Source: a virus
Virus record (IMG/VR): IMGVR_UViG_3300004881_000001
Coordinates: 1 to 64,000 of that record
Reading direction: 5' to 3' (one strand)
DNA: 64,000 nt
The translations under genes were made by a program, and so were the position numbers. Each line of letters begins with the position of its first letter. The first letter of the stretch is position 1. Under the pieces are notes generated by a model. It ran no database searches. It was not told the DNA's origin and saw nothing but the letters and a program-made list of their open reading frames with translations. Below are positions 25,225-33,751 of the stretch, in pieces.

Positions 25225-26155
25225 AAAATAGGTGTGAAAGTTTATTTCTAACCTCAACAAACACAAAATGTTTTAAAGTGCCGAAATTAATAGTGGGATT
25301 TTTATATTTTTTAATAAAATTCCAACAGTCCTCCTTAACCACATCATAGTAAATGGTATTGAGAAGTTGGGGAATGTTTTTACTGCTAAAACCTCTTTGC
25401 TCTAACTCTATCTTAGCTTGCACTTTCTCGCATAAAGCTTTAGTTACAAATTCTTCAGCTATCTTCTCTTCTATAAGTTTCTTACCTTTGTTTAATTCAG
25501 TAGCCCCATGAACTTTAGTATGTTTCTCCTTAAACTCAGAGGTCACTATTTTAGCCCATGTTTGTCTATTGTATTTATTTTTAAAATCATAATTTTTAAT
25601 GACAATACCTTCCCCAACGCCTTTACCGTCTTCTATTAAGAATACGTTTTTAATTAATTGGTTAATCAGTTGTTCGTAGGAAGCGTTATTAATAGCGCAT
25701 ATAGGCACAATATAGTCTAAACCCTTTTCTTCCAATTTACCGCAATAATCTTCATAGTGCAAATATTTAATAGTGCTATCCCCTTCGTGAGTAATCTCTT
25801 CAGCATTTTTTTCTACCGATATATCAAAAATATAAAAGCGTCTCCACGCATCTTCTCTATAAGTTTTTAACGCATGAGGTACTAACCACTCTCCATGGAG
25901 TCTGTGGGTAGGATTCTCCTTTAAATACTTTATTAAAGAACTTTGTTGTTTAGCCCACTCATAAAAACCCGCATTGTCTTTATCTAAGGTTAAGTGCCTA
26001 TTTCTGCTCCCTGCTTGTATTTTTCCATCTTTGTCTAGCCAAACGCTGGCATTAGTTCCATCTAATTTAGGAAAAATATAGCATAATCCTAATTCTATGT
26101 TCTGAACTTCTGGTGTTCCAAACCTTTCTAAATGTTGATATTTTTTAAATTCCAT
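25223..26155 (-). CDS. ATP-dependent RNA ligase (Rnl2 / PF09414-like nucleotidyltransferase)
   Basis: Motif I FPKLDGTN (KxxGxN type), motif III LHGEW, motif IV EGIVIK, motif V KIVTSEFKEK. Confidence 0.6.
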   Translation of the reverse strand: MEFKKYQHLERFGTPEVQNIELGLCYIFPKLDGTNASVWLDKDGKIQAGSRNRHLTLDKDNAGFYEWAKQQSSLIKYLKENPTHRLHGEWLVPHALKTYREDAWRRFYIFDISVEKNAEEITHEGDSTIKYLHYEDYCGKLEEKGLDYIVPICAINNASYEQLINQLIKNVFLIEDGKGVGEGIVIKNYDFKNKYNRQTWAKIVTSEFKEKHTKVHGATELNKGKKLIEEKIAEEFVTKALCEKVQAKIELEQRGFSSKNIPQLLNTIYYDVVKEDCWNFIKKYKNPTINFGTLKHFVFVEVRNKLSHLF

Positions 26156-26429
26156 ATTTATCTTTTATTCGTTTAAAAACTTCTTCAGTGCTATAGTAAT
26201 GTTTCATTTTAATTTGGGCAGACCCTTTTAGTATTTTTTTAAGATTTTCTCCCTCAACGAAAAAGTACTTATCTGTATCTACTACCTTCCCATTTTTAAT
26301 CTCTGTCTCCCTTATCTTTATAGGGAAGAAAATAGTGTGCCATAAGTATTTAATAGGTATCAACAATAACCATCTCCGTCGCCATAATTGATGTATTGGA
26401 TTACATTCTTGGTATCTTTTTTCTTTCAT
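26145..26429 (-). CDS. hypothetical protein (94 aa)
   Basis: ORF track. Confidence 0.55.
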   Translation of the reverse strand: MKEKRYQECNPIHQLWRRRWLLLIPIKYLWHTIFFPIKIRETEIKNGKVVDTDKYFFVEGENLKKILKGSAQIKMKHYYSTEEVFKRIKDKYGI

Positions 26430-26430
26430 T

Positions 26431-26607
26431 TTAAATACACTTTTCTATAAACTCTCTAGCTTTAGTTCTAACATCGTATTTACATTTCTCACACACCTTA
26501 TTTAAACCCTCTTTAAGAAGCTCTTTACTACCGTCAAAGTGGGTTATTATAGCCCCGTACCCTACAAATTCCCCTTTAGCTAGTAGATCAATTATTTCAT
26601 AACTCAT
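26431..26607 (-). CDS. small ORF (58 aa), own call
   Basis: Own translation: MSYEIIDLLAKGEFVGYGAIITHFDGSKELLKEGLNKVCEKCKYDVRTKAREFIEKCI; its stop abuts the next start (TAAAATG). Confidence 0.4.
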   Translation of the reverse strand: MSYEIIDLLAKGEFVGYGAIITHFDGSKELLKEGLNKVCEKCKYDVRTKAREFIEKCI

Positions 26608-26608
26608 T

Positions 26609-26770
26609 TTAATTGTATATTAGTTCTCTTTTTACCTTGTTTAGATAATGTAAATCTTTATGTGATTGGATTGTTTTCCACCCCCTGTACCATAAAAACC
26701 TAGTCCGTTGTTGGAGCAGGAAAGTCTTCTCCTTAGTAAACATACTCTTAATTACCCTATACTTTTCCAT
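26609..26770 (-). CDS. small ORF (53 aa), own call
   Basis: Own translation: MEKYRVIKSMFTKEKTFLLQQRTRFLWYRGWKTIQSHKDLHYLNKVKRELIYN; its stop is 1 nt before the next start. Confidence 0.3.
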   Translation of the reverse strand: MEKYRVIKSMFTKEKTFLLQQRTRFLWYRGWKTIQSHKDLHYLNKVKRELIYN

Positions 26771-26903
26771 AATCTTATTTAGTTTATTATCAATCCTAGT
26801 ATATTATCAAGAAGGAGAGCTAGTAATAGGCTCATACCGTCGTGTTTTTTGTTTTTACCTAGAATACCTCTTACTAAAAACCATCCTATCCATACGTATA
26901 CTA

Positions 26904-27398
26904 TCATATTTCATCCATTAAATACAATAAATGATACGGTTTTACGCAATATTGTGAAGTGTTAATGTCTATAACCCAAGGAATAAAAGAATTAATAGAA
27001 TACCTACTCTTAAAATCTCCTAACCCTAATATTTTAAATCCCCAAGTCTTTTTGTTTTTGTATATACATATAGTCAAGGGTTCCCCATGAGTTAATTTTA
27101 CGTATTTAGTGTTTATCTTACCCCTACCCTCTGCATAAGTCACCCCTAAATTTAGCCCATTACTTCGGACTTGGTACGTAAAATAAATCTGAGGTCCTGA
27201 TCTAGAAGTTCCTGCAGCTGTATAAGTTATTATTTTTTTAGATAGATCAGTGTAATTAACCTTAGTAGTATCAAACACTATCCCAAAAGCAGCTTTTAAA
27301 GGCTTACTAGGGGCTATTTTTTTACCTTGTTTTTTGCCTACTGACAAGCCTATTATAAACATTGCGGCTATAAGAATTATTGTTTGTGATGTTCCCAT
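26904..27398 (-). CDS. membrane-anchored protein (164 aa)
   Basis: N-terminal TM QTIILIAAMFIIGLSVG; C-terminus KPYHLLYLM resembles the secreted paralog family. Confidence 0.55.
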   Translation of the reverse strand: MGTSQTIILIAAMFIIGLSVGKKQGKKIAPSKPLKAAFGIVFDTTKVNYTDLSKKIITYTAAGTSRSGPQIYFTYQVRSNGLNLGVTYAEGRGKINTKYVKLTHGEPLTICIYKNKKTWGFKILGLGDFKSRYSINSFIPWVIDINTSQYCVKPYHLLYLMDEI

Positions 27399-27427
27399 TA
27401 TTTTAGTTTTTGTCTGTTTTTAATTTA

Positions 27428-27649
27428 TTATGAATCCTTTTTAAGTTTACCCTCTATAGAATTTGAATCCTCTAAAGGCTTTAAAGCCTCTGTAACCTCT
27501 TCCCTTAAAGTTTGTATAAAACTCTCTTTAAGCTCCTTTATTTCTTCAGACGATATGTTTGCTTTCCCTACTCTAACTCCTATATCAAATGATTTTTCCG
27601 CCATCACTACAAACTGTTTCAGTGCATTTTTAATTGATTTATACCTCAT
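27428..27649 (-). CDS. hypothetical protein (73 aa)
   Basis: ORF track. Confidence 0.5.
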   Translation of the reverse strand: MRYKSIKNALKQFVVMAEKSFDIGVRVGKANISSEEIKELKESFIQTLREEVTEALKPLEDSNSIEGKLKKDS

Positions 27650-27881
27650 CTTCGTCTATTTTTTTAATTTCTAGTAAACTCTCTTTAATCTCGTAAATAT
27701 CTTTGGCAAAAATCTCGCCTTTATCTATTATTTCAAAAAGAGGTCTTTCAGGATTAACGTCTCTACAAAAAACCCCGTCTCGATAAGCCAACTCTAATAA
27801 GAATAGTATCTCATCCTTGCTTAAATTGGTAAACTTTTTACAAACAAGCTCTTTGATCTGTTGCTTAGTTAATGCTTTCAT
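27639..27881 (-). CDS. hypothetical protein (80 aa)
   Basis: ORF track. Confidence 0.5.
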   Translation of the reverse strand: MKALTKQQIKELVCKKFTNLSKDEILFLLELAYRDGVFCRDVNPERPLFEIIDKGEIFAKDIYEIKESLLEIKKIDEDEV

Positions 27882-27886
27882 AATTT

Positions 27887-28261
27887 CTATTTTAAAGCCT
27901 CTAATTCCTTTTGAAGCAATTCTAAAATTGATTTGTTGTTGATAGTAGTATGGTGTTCACTACCTGCCTTTACTAACTCTATCCCGTTAATGGTGTCTTG
28001 GTCGTCAATATCAGCCTTGATAACTACGTAACAGTCTTTTCCGATTACAATAAACTCATCTCCCAGACTATTAAATTCAACGTTACCTTTGATAATCTGC
28101 TTTTCAATATCAATAGTTTGATACACTCCTACTGGAACTATACTACTACCTCGCCATTCTTTATCAAGGGGTTGGATCATTTGAAATATACCTTCTTTGT
28201 GAGATAGTTCCGCGAGGTAATTTTCCCCCCTGTTAAATATTGCTACTGTCTTGTGTACCAT
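27887..28261 (-). CDS. hypothetical protein (124 aa)
   Basis: ORF track; 22 nt downstream of a class A promoter. Confidence 0.55.
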   Translation of the reverse strand: MVHKTVAIFNRGENYLAELSHKEGIFQMIQPLDKEWRGSSIVPVGVYQTIDIEKQIIKGNVEFNSLGDEFIVIGKDCYVVIKADIDDQDTINGIELVKAGSEHHTTINNKSILELLQKELEALK

Positions 28262-28283
28262 AACTTTGCTGTTTTAATTTATA

Positions 28284-28314
28284 TAAAGATACGATTTATT
28301 TTTACAATTCCAAA
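28284..28314 (-). promoter_or_regulatory. class A promoter (minus-strand copy)
   Basis: Minus strand: TTTGGAATTGTAAAAATAAATCG-TATCTTTA, same extended -33 block as the plus-strand copies. Confidence 0.55.
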
Positions 28315-28317
28315 TTT

Positions 28318-28662
28318 TTATTTATTTTCTTTCCTCCATTTCCTAAACTCGCTGACTGTCATATGACTTAATTCCCTCTTCAAGGATCTGTAGGCGCTTT
28401 GCGCTTCCTCTAGTTGTATTTTTAAACTTAAATTTTTCTCTATTAAAGATTCTCTACTCTCTACAAAATACTTTAGTTCCTTCGTTATCGCTAAAACCGC
28501 TTCTGACCCTGTTAAATACTCTCTACCTAAGGTACTTCGTCCCTGTTCTATGATTACTGATTTTTTATCTTTAGATACTTTCTTTAAACCTTCCTCTAGA
28601 CGGTTTATTTTATCTTCCAATCCTTTAAACTCCTCAAGAGTTATTGTTACTGTTGCTGCCAT
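28318..28662 (-). CDS. coiled-coil protein (114 aa)
   Basis: ORF track. Confidence 0.55.
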   Translation of the reverse strand: MAATVTITLEEFKGLEDKINRLEEGLKKVSKDKKSVIIEQGRSTLGREYLTGSEAVLAITKELKYFVESRESLIEKNLSLKIQLEEAQSAYRSLKRELSHMTVSEFRKWRKENK

Positions 28663-28664
28663 AA

Positions 28665-28955
28665 TTAATATTTAATGTTATACTTTTGTTTAATTTTTCT
28701 ATGAACCTCCTCACTACTGATAACAGAGTTGGGATTATTTTCGTAGTCTTCTAATCTCTTGTTTAGTGTATCCGCATGGGATTTAGATATTTTAGTAGTT
28801 GTTATTTCTTCGGAACATTTCTTATACTTATCCACTAAACTCTTTTTAATTTGAGCGTAAACCTTCTTATCACGCTCCCCTGTTTCGGGATCTATTGAAT
28901 CGATAGCTGCTTGTGCGCCTGCTTCAAATATTTCTTTGATTATCTTTATTTTCAT
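28665..28955 (-). CDS. hypothetical protein (96 aa)
   Basis: ORF track. Confidence 0.55.
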   Translation of the reverse strand: MKIKIIKEIFEAGAQAAIDSIDPETGERDKKVYAQIKKSLVDKYKKCSEEITTTKISKSHADTLNKRLEDYENNPNSVISSEEVHRKIKQKYNIKY

Positions 28956-28960
28956 AGTTT

Positions 28961-29494
28961 TTATTTTACAAGTTGGAATAAATGGTAAGGTGCGGTATAC
29001 TTATATTCTGGTATCGCGTATGCATGGGGCTGTAATATAACACATTTATTAACTTTTTTATGTATTTTACCAAATTCTCCCTCACTTATTATAATGTTAT
29101 ATTTACTACGCTTGAATGATATTTTAATATAATAGGGTGTGTATGGTTTAATCATAGAAATTGCACGGGTTGGTGTAATATCTTGGGCAGTATATAGATA
29201 TAATTTTAAGCTATCATTACAATACTGATATAGTATAGTTGGATCATCGGGTTTTCTATTACGATCTCCATCTTTAAATATTGCGTCAACGGCGTCTTGT
29301 ATAGGCTCTTTATATTCACGCATAGTTGAAATATGTAAGAATGTATAGTACTGACACTCATTTACCATATTTGCAATATTATGATGGAAGAATGTTTCAA
29401 ATTTGTATGTTTTTTTAAATACTTGTGCGTTTACGTTTCTCGCACGTAGAAAGAATATTCCTACTAATAATATACTTATTGTTTTTGCCCTCAT
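28961..29494 (-). CDS. secreted protein (177 aa); paralog family with 21543..21983
   Basis: Signal peptide ...FFLRARNVNAQ; QYCNDSLKLYLYT and APYHLFQLVK blocks. Confidence 0.55.
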   Translation of the reverse strand: MRAKTISILLVGIFFLRARNVNAQVFKKTYKFETFFHHNIANMVNECQYYTFLHISTMREYKEPIQDAVDAIFKDGDRNRKPDDPTILYQYCNDSLKLYLYTAQDITPTRAISMIKPYTPYYIKISFKRSKYNIIISEGEFGKIHKKVNKCVILQPHAYAIPEYKYTAPYHLFQLVK

Positions 29495-29496
29495 GA

Positions 29497-30342
29497 TTAT
29501 TGTTTTTTAAACCCAATTGTTTTTTCTTCTGGTTCGTAGTTATCTATATTCATTAGTTCATCAAGACAACGATGTTTTATCTGGTCCAAAGTTTTACCTT
29601 TTAATTTTTTAACCATAGAATCAATATCAACATTCTTTACCGAGCCTTTAAGAACATTACTGATAATTGCTTTTATATCTTCCTCAGATTCTACACCCTT
29701 TATTTTTAAAGAGTATTTAAATCTACTGGGTCTATTCTTCATTGCTTTCGGAATCTCATCAATATAATTAGTTGCTGCAAAAAATATACAGTTACTAATG
29801 CTCATATTGCCGTCAATAGCTGTCTTTAAAAACCCTTCATTTTCATTCATTTGTTGGTCAAACTCGTCAAAGACAACAATTATAGGGTTTGATTGTATTC
29901 CTCTTATACTCTGTATAAACTCCCAACATTTAGAAATGTAAGAACCTTTGTATATTAAGTGGAAAACAATTGCTTTGTTATCCTTAATAGCCTTAGAGCA
30001 GTAATGCTTTATTATAGTACTCTTACCCGTTCCTTCTGTCCCATATAGCAAAACCCCTACTTTATGACAAAACCCCATACTTTCTACCGTCTCTAGAATC
30101 TTCTTATCAAAGAAAGAGGAGAACAATGTATCTAATTTCTTTTTACCTGAGAAACTATGTGTTTTAGGCGTTTCAAAATCAGAGTCTACTTTTAGTGTGA
30201 CTATGTGGTCTGGATATTCTTCATAGTTTACACGATAAGAACCTTGTTCTAATTTCTTTGTAGATTTAATAGTATCATATTCTGAAAAAAGAACCTCTCC
30301 ATTTTCAAGATAGGAAAAACTTTTGTAGTCTGATGTTTTCAT
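29497..30342 (-). CDS. AAA+ ATPase
   Basis: Walker A LLYGTEGTGKST, Walker B IIVVFDEFD. Confidence 0.75.
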   Translation of the reverse strand: MKTSDYKSFSYLENGEVLFSEYDTIKSTKKLEQGSYRVNYEEYPDHIVTLKVDSDFETPKTHSFSGKKKLDTLFSSFFDKKILETVESMGFCHKVGVLLYGTEGTGKSTIIKHYCSKAIKDNKAIVFHLIYKGSYISKCWEFIQSIRGIQSNPIIVVFDEFDQQMNENEGFLKTAIDGNMSISNCIFFAATNYIDEIPKAMKNRPSRFKYSLKIKGVESEEDIKAIISNVLKGSVKNVDIDSMVKKLKGKTLDQIKHRCLDELMNIDNYEPEEKTIGFKKQ

Positions 30343-30472
30343 AATTTTTATTGATTAATATTTAATTAAGATATTTGCTTCAATTTTGTACTATACTCTA
30401 TACAATTCCGCTTATTCTGTATCAGATATGATTCAAATAACGAGTTTTTAGATGTTAATGAATTATTTATCA

Positions 30473-30730
30473 TTAAAAATGAATACTTGGGTAATGTTTG
30501 CGAACTAACTTTGTACATTGAATGTATAAGTTAACTCCAGTCAAGCAGCACAAACAAAACATCATCGAGTGATACCACCAGTATCTAGCCGTGAATAATG
30601 TATGACCTTGTTCGTTAACCCCGTTAGTGATGTGTGGGTGAATATAATCCCCAATAAACGACCATAGAAATCCAGTCATACAGAATACTATTATCCTTGT
30701 CGCTAATCCTAAATATACCTCTCTTTTCAT
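30473..30730 (-). CDS. membrane protein (85 aa)
   Basis: ORF track; hydrophobic segments; ATGA overlap with the upstream gene. Confidence 0.5.
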   Translation of the reverse strand: MKREVYLGLATRIIVFCMTGFLWSFIGDYIHPHITNGVNEQGHTLFTARYWWYHSMMFCLCCLTGVNLYIQCTKLVRKHYPSIHF

Positions 30731-31659
30731 TGTCTTATGATTTTAATTGTTTTACTTGTCCCATCACTATATCTTACAATATATGGTTGTGTTTGTGTGT
30801 GGTATTGTGATTTACTAATCTTTTGTCCTGATAAATTCCATCTACCAATTTCTCTTTTCTGTACAACAACATTTTTAATTGACATAATATCAAAGTATTC
30901 ATACTGACCGTCAAAATCAACTTGCTTTATTCTATAGTAATTAATCCCTGCTCCATAGCTGTTATCTTCAGCTCTATAGGTTATCTCTGTAGTTGTGTTA
31001 CCGCTCCCATCAACTGTAGCGATGGTTGACCAGTTAAAGCCGTCTGTAGATCGTTCTATTAAGAAATAATCGTTATTAATCTCAGAAGCTGTGGTCCATT
31101 CCACAATATTAGTGTTATTTTCGTTATACACATTCATATCTAACATTTCTACAGGTAAAATTCCTGAGCAACTGATGTGTACTGATGTTATATCATAAAA
31201 ATAGAGAAAGTTACCAATAGAATTATTGAATCTACTGGTTTCCATTCTAAACCTAAGCCTTGTGGCTGAATTAGGGATCGTCTCAAAAGAATAAAAATTA
31301 TTTTGTCTACCTGTATATGTCCCTACAACATTCCAAGAACCAGAATCGTAATACTCAAAATAAACAAAGTCTCTATTACGCTCTATAAGCCCGTATAATT
31401 CAAAAGATATAGATAGACCCTCAACACATGTGGATAAGTCTAGCACGGGGCTGGTAATAAGTATAGTGGATGAATTAGGGTAAGGAGTATTACCCACATT
31501 AAAAGTGCCGTAATTCTCACCCCCTCCATAGTTCTGTATTCCTGCTCCGTTGGTGAAAGCCCAAGTTGTACCTGGGTCGAACTCCTCATTAATTGGAAAT
31601 TGACCGAATGTCGTTATCGCTATTAAAACGATTGTTAGTGTTGTGATTAGTTTTTTCAT
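30727..31659 (-). CDS. secreted protein with T9SS-like C-terminal sorting domain
   Basis: Signal peptide MKKLITTLTIVLIAITTFGQ; middle block NIVEWTTASEINNDYFLIERSTDGFNWSTI...YYRIKQVDFDGQYEY; C-terminus ...NLSGQKIS...PYIVRYSDGTSKTIKIIRQ resembles the type A Por/T9SS CTD. Confidence 0.6.
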   Translation of the reverse strand: MKKLITTLTIVLIAITTFGQFPINEEFDPGTTWAFTNGAGIQNYGGGENYGTFNVGNTPYPNSSTILITSPVLDLSTCVEGLSISFELYGLIERNRDFVYFEYYDSGSWNVVGTYTGRQNNFYSFETIPNSATRLRFRMETSRFNNSIGNFLYFYDITSVHISCSGILPVEMLDMNVYNENNTNIVEWTTASEINNDYFLIERSTDGFNWSTIATVDGSGNTTTEITYRAEDNSYGAGINYYRIKQVDFDGQYEYFDIMSIKNVVVQKREIGRWNLSGQKISKSQYHTQTQPYIVRYSDGTSKTIKIIRQ

Positions 31660-31701
31660 GGTTTGTTTTTTATTTGAGTATACGTGTTGAGTTTATAAAA
31701 G

Positions 31702-31753
31702 GTTACAACGCAACCTAAAATTCATTAAAACGTAATTTTAGGTTGTTGTTAGC
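31702..31753 (-). repeat. bracketed palindromic element with 11-bp stem and conserved loop
   Basis: aacctaaaatt-cattaaaacgt-aattttaggtt (31712..31744), outer ggttacaacg / gttgttagc; GTTAGC overlaps stop codon 31753..31755. Confidence 0.75.
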
Positions 31754-31950
31754 TACAATAAACTATCTATAACAATGTCAAGTATCTTTTTACTTGCTTT
31801 GTAATCATTCCACGCTTTTAGTACTTCGGGTTTTTCTTTTTCAAGAATAGGCATGAGTCTTTCAAAAGTACTTAACCTTTCTAAATCTTCTTTTGCTTGC
31901 CAAAAATATTTTAAGTCGTTTAAGTCTTGTTCTGTTAATTTATTTTCCAT
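31753..31950 (-). CDS. hypothetical protein (65 aa)
   Basis: ORF track; cassette-like. Confidence 0.5.
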   Translation of the reverse strand: MENKLTEQDLNDLKYFWQAKEDLERLSTFERLMPILEKEKPEVLKAWNDYKASKKILDIVIDSLL

Positions 31951-31986
31951 TTTATTTAATTTTAGTTTATTAATCCGCTTACAGTA

Positions 31987-32037
31987 GCTAACAATGTGTG
32001 TAGCACATTAAAACGATGCCATACACAAACCGTTACC
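31987..32037 (-). repeat. bracketed palindromic element (GCTAAC...GTTACC), homolog of 22748..22797
   Basis: gctaacaatg-TGTGTA-GCA-cattaaaacga-TGC-ca-TACACA-aaccgttacc. Confidence 0.7.
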
Positions 32038-32040
32038 CAC

Positions 32041-32080
32041 AATAAAATTCATTAAAACAGAATTTTACTCGGTCGTTAGC
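32041..32080 (-). repeat. partial promoter-plus-hairpin repeat, copy R4 (hairpin half only)
   Basis: aataaaattcattaaaacagaattttactcggtcgttagc; identical over 37 nt to the matching part of copy R3 (22018..22054); lacks the -7 box part. Confidence 0.75.
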
Positions 32081-32291
32081 GTTCATTTGCCAACGCTTCT
32101 TGTTTTCTAATAATTAGCTTTGCTTCCATCCTTTGAGCGTCAAACCTAATATCATCTATTAAGTATATTGCATCAACTACATTTCCTTTCTTTATTAAAT
32201 CTGTAAGCAAATCTAATTTTCCGCAAATCAACTCATCTCTTGGCGTATCTATTGTTTTAGGCATTTTATTGGTTTTATTGTCAACGCACAT
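32076..32291 (-). CDS. hypothetical protein (71 aa)
   Basis: ORF track; the stop TAA is embedded in GCTAAC (CGC TAA CG). Confidence 0.5.
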   Translation of the reverse strand: MCVDNKTNKMPKTIDTPRDELICGKLDLLTDLIKKGNVVDAIYLIDDIRFDAQRMEAKLIIRKQEALANER

Positions 32292-32299
32292 AAACGAAC

Positions 32300-32350
32300 G
32301 CTAACAAAATTTAAAATTCATTAAAACGAAATTTTACTTTCGGCATTAGC
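32300..32350 (-). repeat. bracketed palindromic element (GCTAAC...ATTAGC) with conserved-loop hairpin
   Basis: Hairpin taaaatt-cattaaaacga-aatttta (32312..32336). Confidence 0.7.
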
Positions 32351-32351
32351 A

Positions 32352-32570
32352 TTAATTAGTCTCGTACTTTAAAACTATCTCAATGCTTTTAACGTCCATC
32401 ATTGTTTTTTCTTTGTCTCTAATATAAGAAGGCAGGGTGTAACTTATCCATTTTAAATCTTCCTGTAAATCGTGTTCTTTTATACCAGAAGAACTACCTG
32501 TACTTTCCATTTTAGTACTGTCATTAAACGTCACCACTATTTTATTTCGTTGTTCGTAATTCATAATCAA
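32352..32570 (-). CDS. hypothetical protein (72 aa)
   Basis: ORF track; cassette-like. Confidence 0.5.
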   Translation of the reverse strand: MIMNYEQRNKIVVTFNDSTKMESTGSSSGIKEHDLQEDLKWISYTLPSYIRDKEKTMMDVKSIEIVLKYETN

Positions 32571-32575
32571 CTAAT

Positions 32576-32665
32576 GCTAACACAGGCTATAAATAAAAGC
32601 CTATTAAGTTTTGTAATAAAATTGAACATTTTTACTTGGCTTCAATTCATAGCCAAACCGTTATA
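32576..32665 (-). repeat. degenerate long bracketed element (GCTAAC...GTTATA)
   Basis: Contains hairpin aggct-ataaataaa-agcct and a decayed aaaat-tgaac-atttt hairpin. Confidence 0.45.
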
Positions 32666-32666
32666 T

Positions 32667-32912
32667 TTAATACTCAATTTCTTTCTTATCTATAACGTAC
32701 TTTTTAAATTCGTCAGCGGTTAAATAGTGCTTTAATACATCATCAAAGTGGCTCATATCACTGCGTGCATTTACGTCAGAGTTTCTAATTCTAATAAGTG
32801 CATTAACTACAATTCTATCTTCTTCATCTCTTGGTATTTTAACAAGCACACGCATACTTCTTTCTATTTCTCTAACATTATCTAAAACCGCTTCGTGCAT
32901 TTTCATATCCAT
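32667..32912 (-). CDS. hypothetical protein (81 aa)
   Basis: ORF track; cassette-like. Confidence 0.5.
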   Translation of the reverse strand: MDMKMHEAVLDNVREIERSMRVLVKIPRDEEDRIVVNALIRIRNSDVNARSDMSHFDDVLKHYLTADEFKKYVIDKKEIEY

Positions 32913-32943
32913 AATATTCTGTTTTTATTAACCCGTACTAAAA

Positions 32944-33005
32944 TATAACAATGTATAAAATACACCCTACGGGTCACTGCGTTGCATCTTATACTAAACG
33001 TTAGT
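32944..33005 (-). repeat. degenerate bracketed element (TATAAC...GTTAGT)
   Basis: tataacaatgtataaaa ... cttatactaaacgttagt, same arm pattern as 7792..7918. Confidence 0.45.
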
Positions 33006-33255
33006 AAACTAAATCATATATCTATGTTAATTACTTCACTTTGTTTATTTATTTAATGTTAACTGCTTGAATTTAAAGTCCCTATAGTTTGTTATTTTTC
33101 ACAAGAGCTTAATAAATTTGTATATTGATCTTGGATTGTTAATATAGTACTCTACAGTCTCGTTAATAATTTCTATTTCTGTTAGTTGTTTAAGTGTTTG
33201 CATCTCTTTTTTTTCTTTTCTGTTTTTTGGGCCCCCTAGGTCATTCTCCCAGATT

Positions 33256-33456
33256 TTATAGTTCTTTTTCCGTGTAATCGTCTCTATCCTGTAATATCTG
33301 TATCAATCTTTTAGGAGTTAGTACGTAGTGATCTAGCGTTTCTTCTGTACCAAACTTACCACAATCCGCTGTAAAACCTAATATTATCTTACCCTCTTCT
33401 TGCTTTATGTGACAAGTTATTTTTACGTCTTTAGGGTCTTTGTATAATAAACTCAT
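33256..33456 (-). CDS. hypothetical protein (66 aa)
   Basis: ORF track. Confidence 0.5.
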   Translation of the reverse strand: MSLLYKDPKDVKITCHIKQEEGKIILGFTADCGKFGTEETLDHYVLTPKRLIQILQDRDDYTEKEL

Positions 33457-33557
33457 AATTTCTGTTTTTAGTTATGGTTCGGAAACCTTTTTGTAGGTTT
33501 TTGAGTGTTTTGATGAGGCTTGAAAATGGGTTGGAAGGTCTACATCCCCCGTCTCAC

Positions 33558-33746
33558 TTATCTTTCAGTTTTTCCTTTCAAAAGTTCATAAGCTTTTATT
33601 TTAAACTGCATTTCCCTTATTATAATAAGGGCTTCATTTATTCCTGTATGTATTCCTATTTCAAAGGTGTTTAATTGTTCTTTATGTACTTTTTTTTCTT
33701 CAATTCTTTCAACGATTTGTTTAAGTATTTGTTTAGTATTTTCCAT
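33558..33746 (-). CDS. hypothetical protein (62 aa)
   Basis: ORF track. Confidence 0.5.
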   Translation of the reverse strand: MENTKQILKQIVERIEEKKVHKEQLNTFEIGIHTGINEALIIIREMQFKIKAYELLKGKTER

Positions 33747-33751
33747 TTTAT

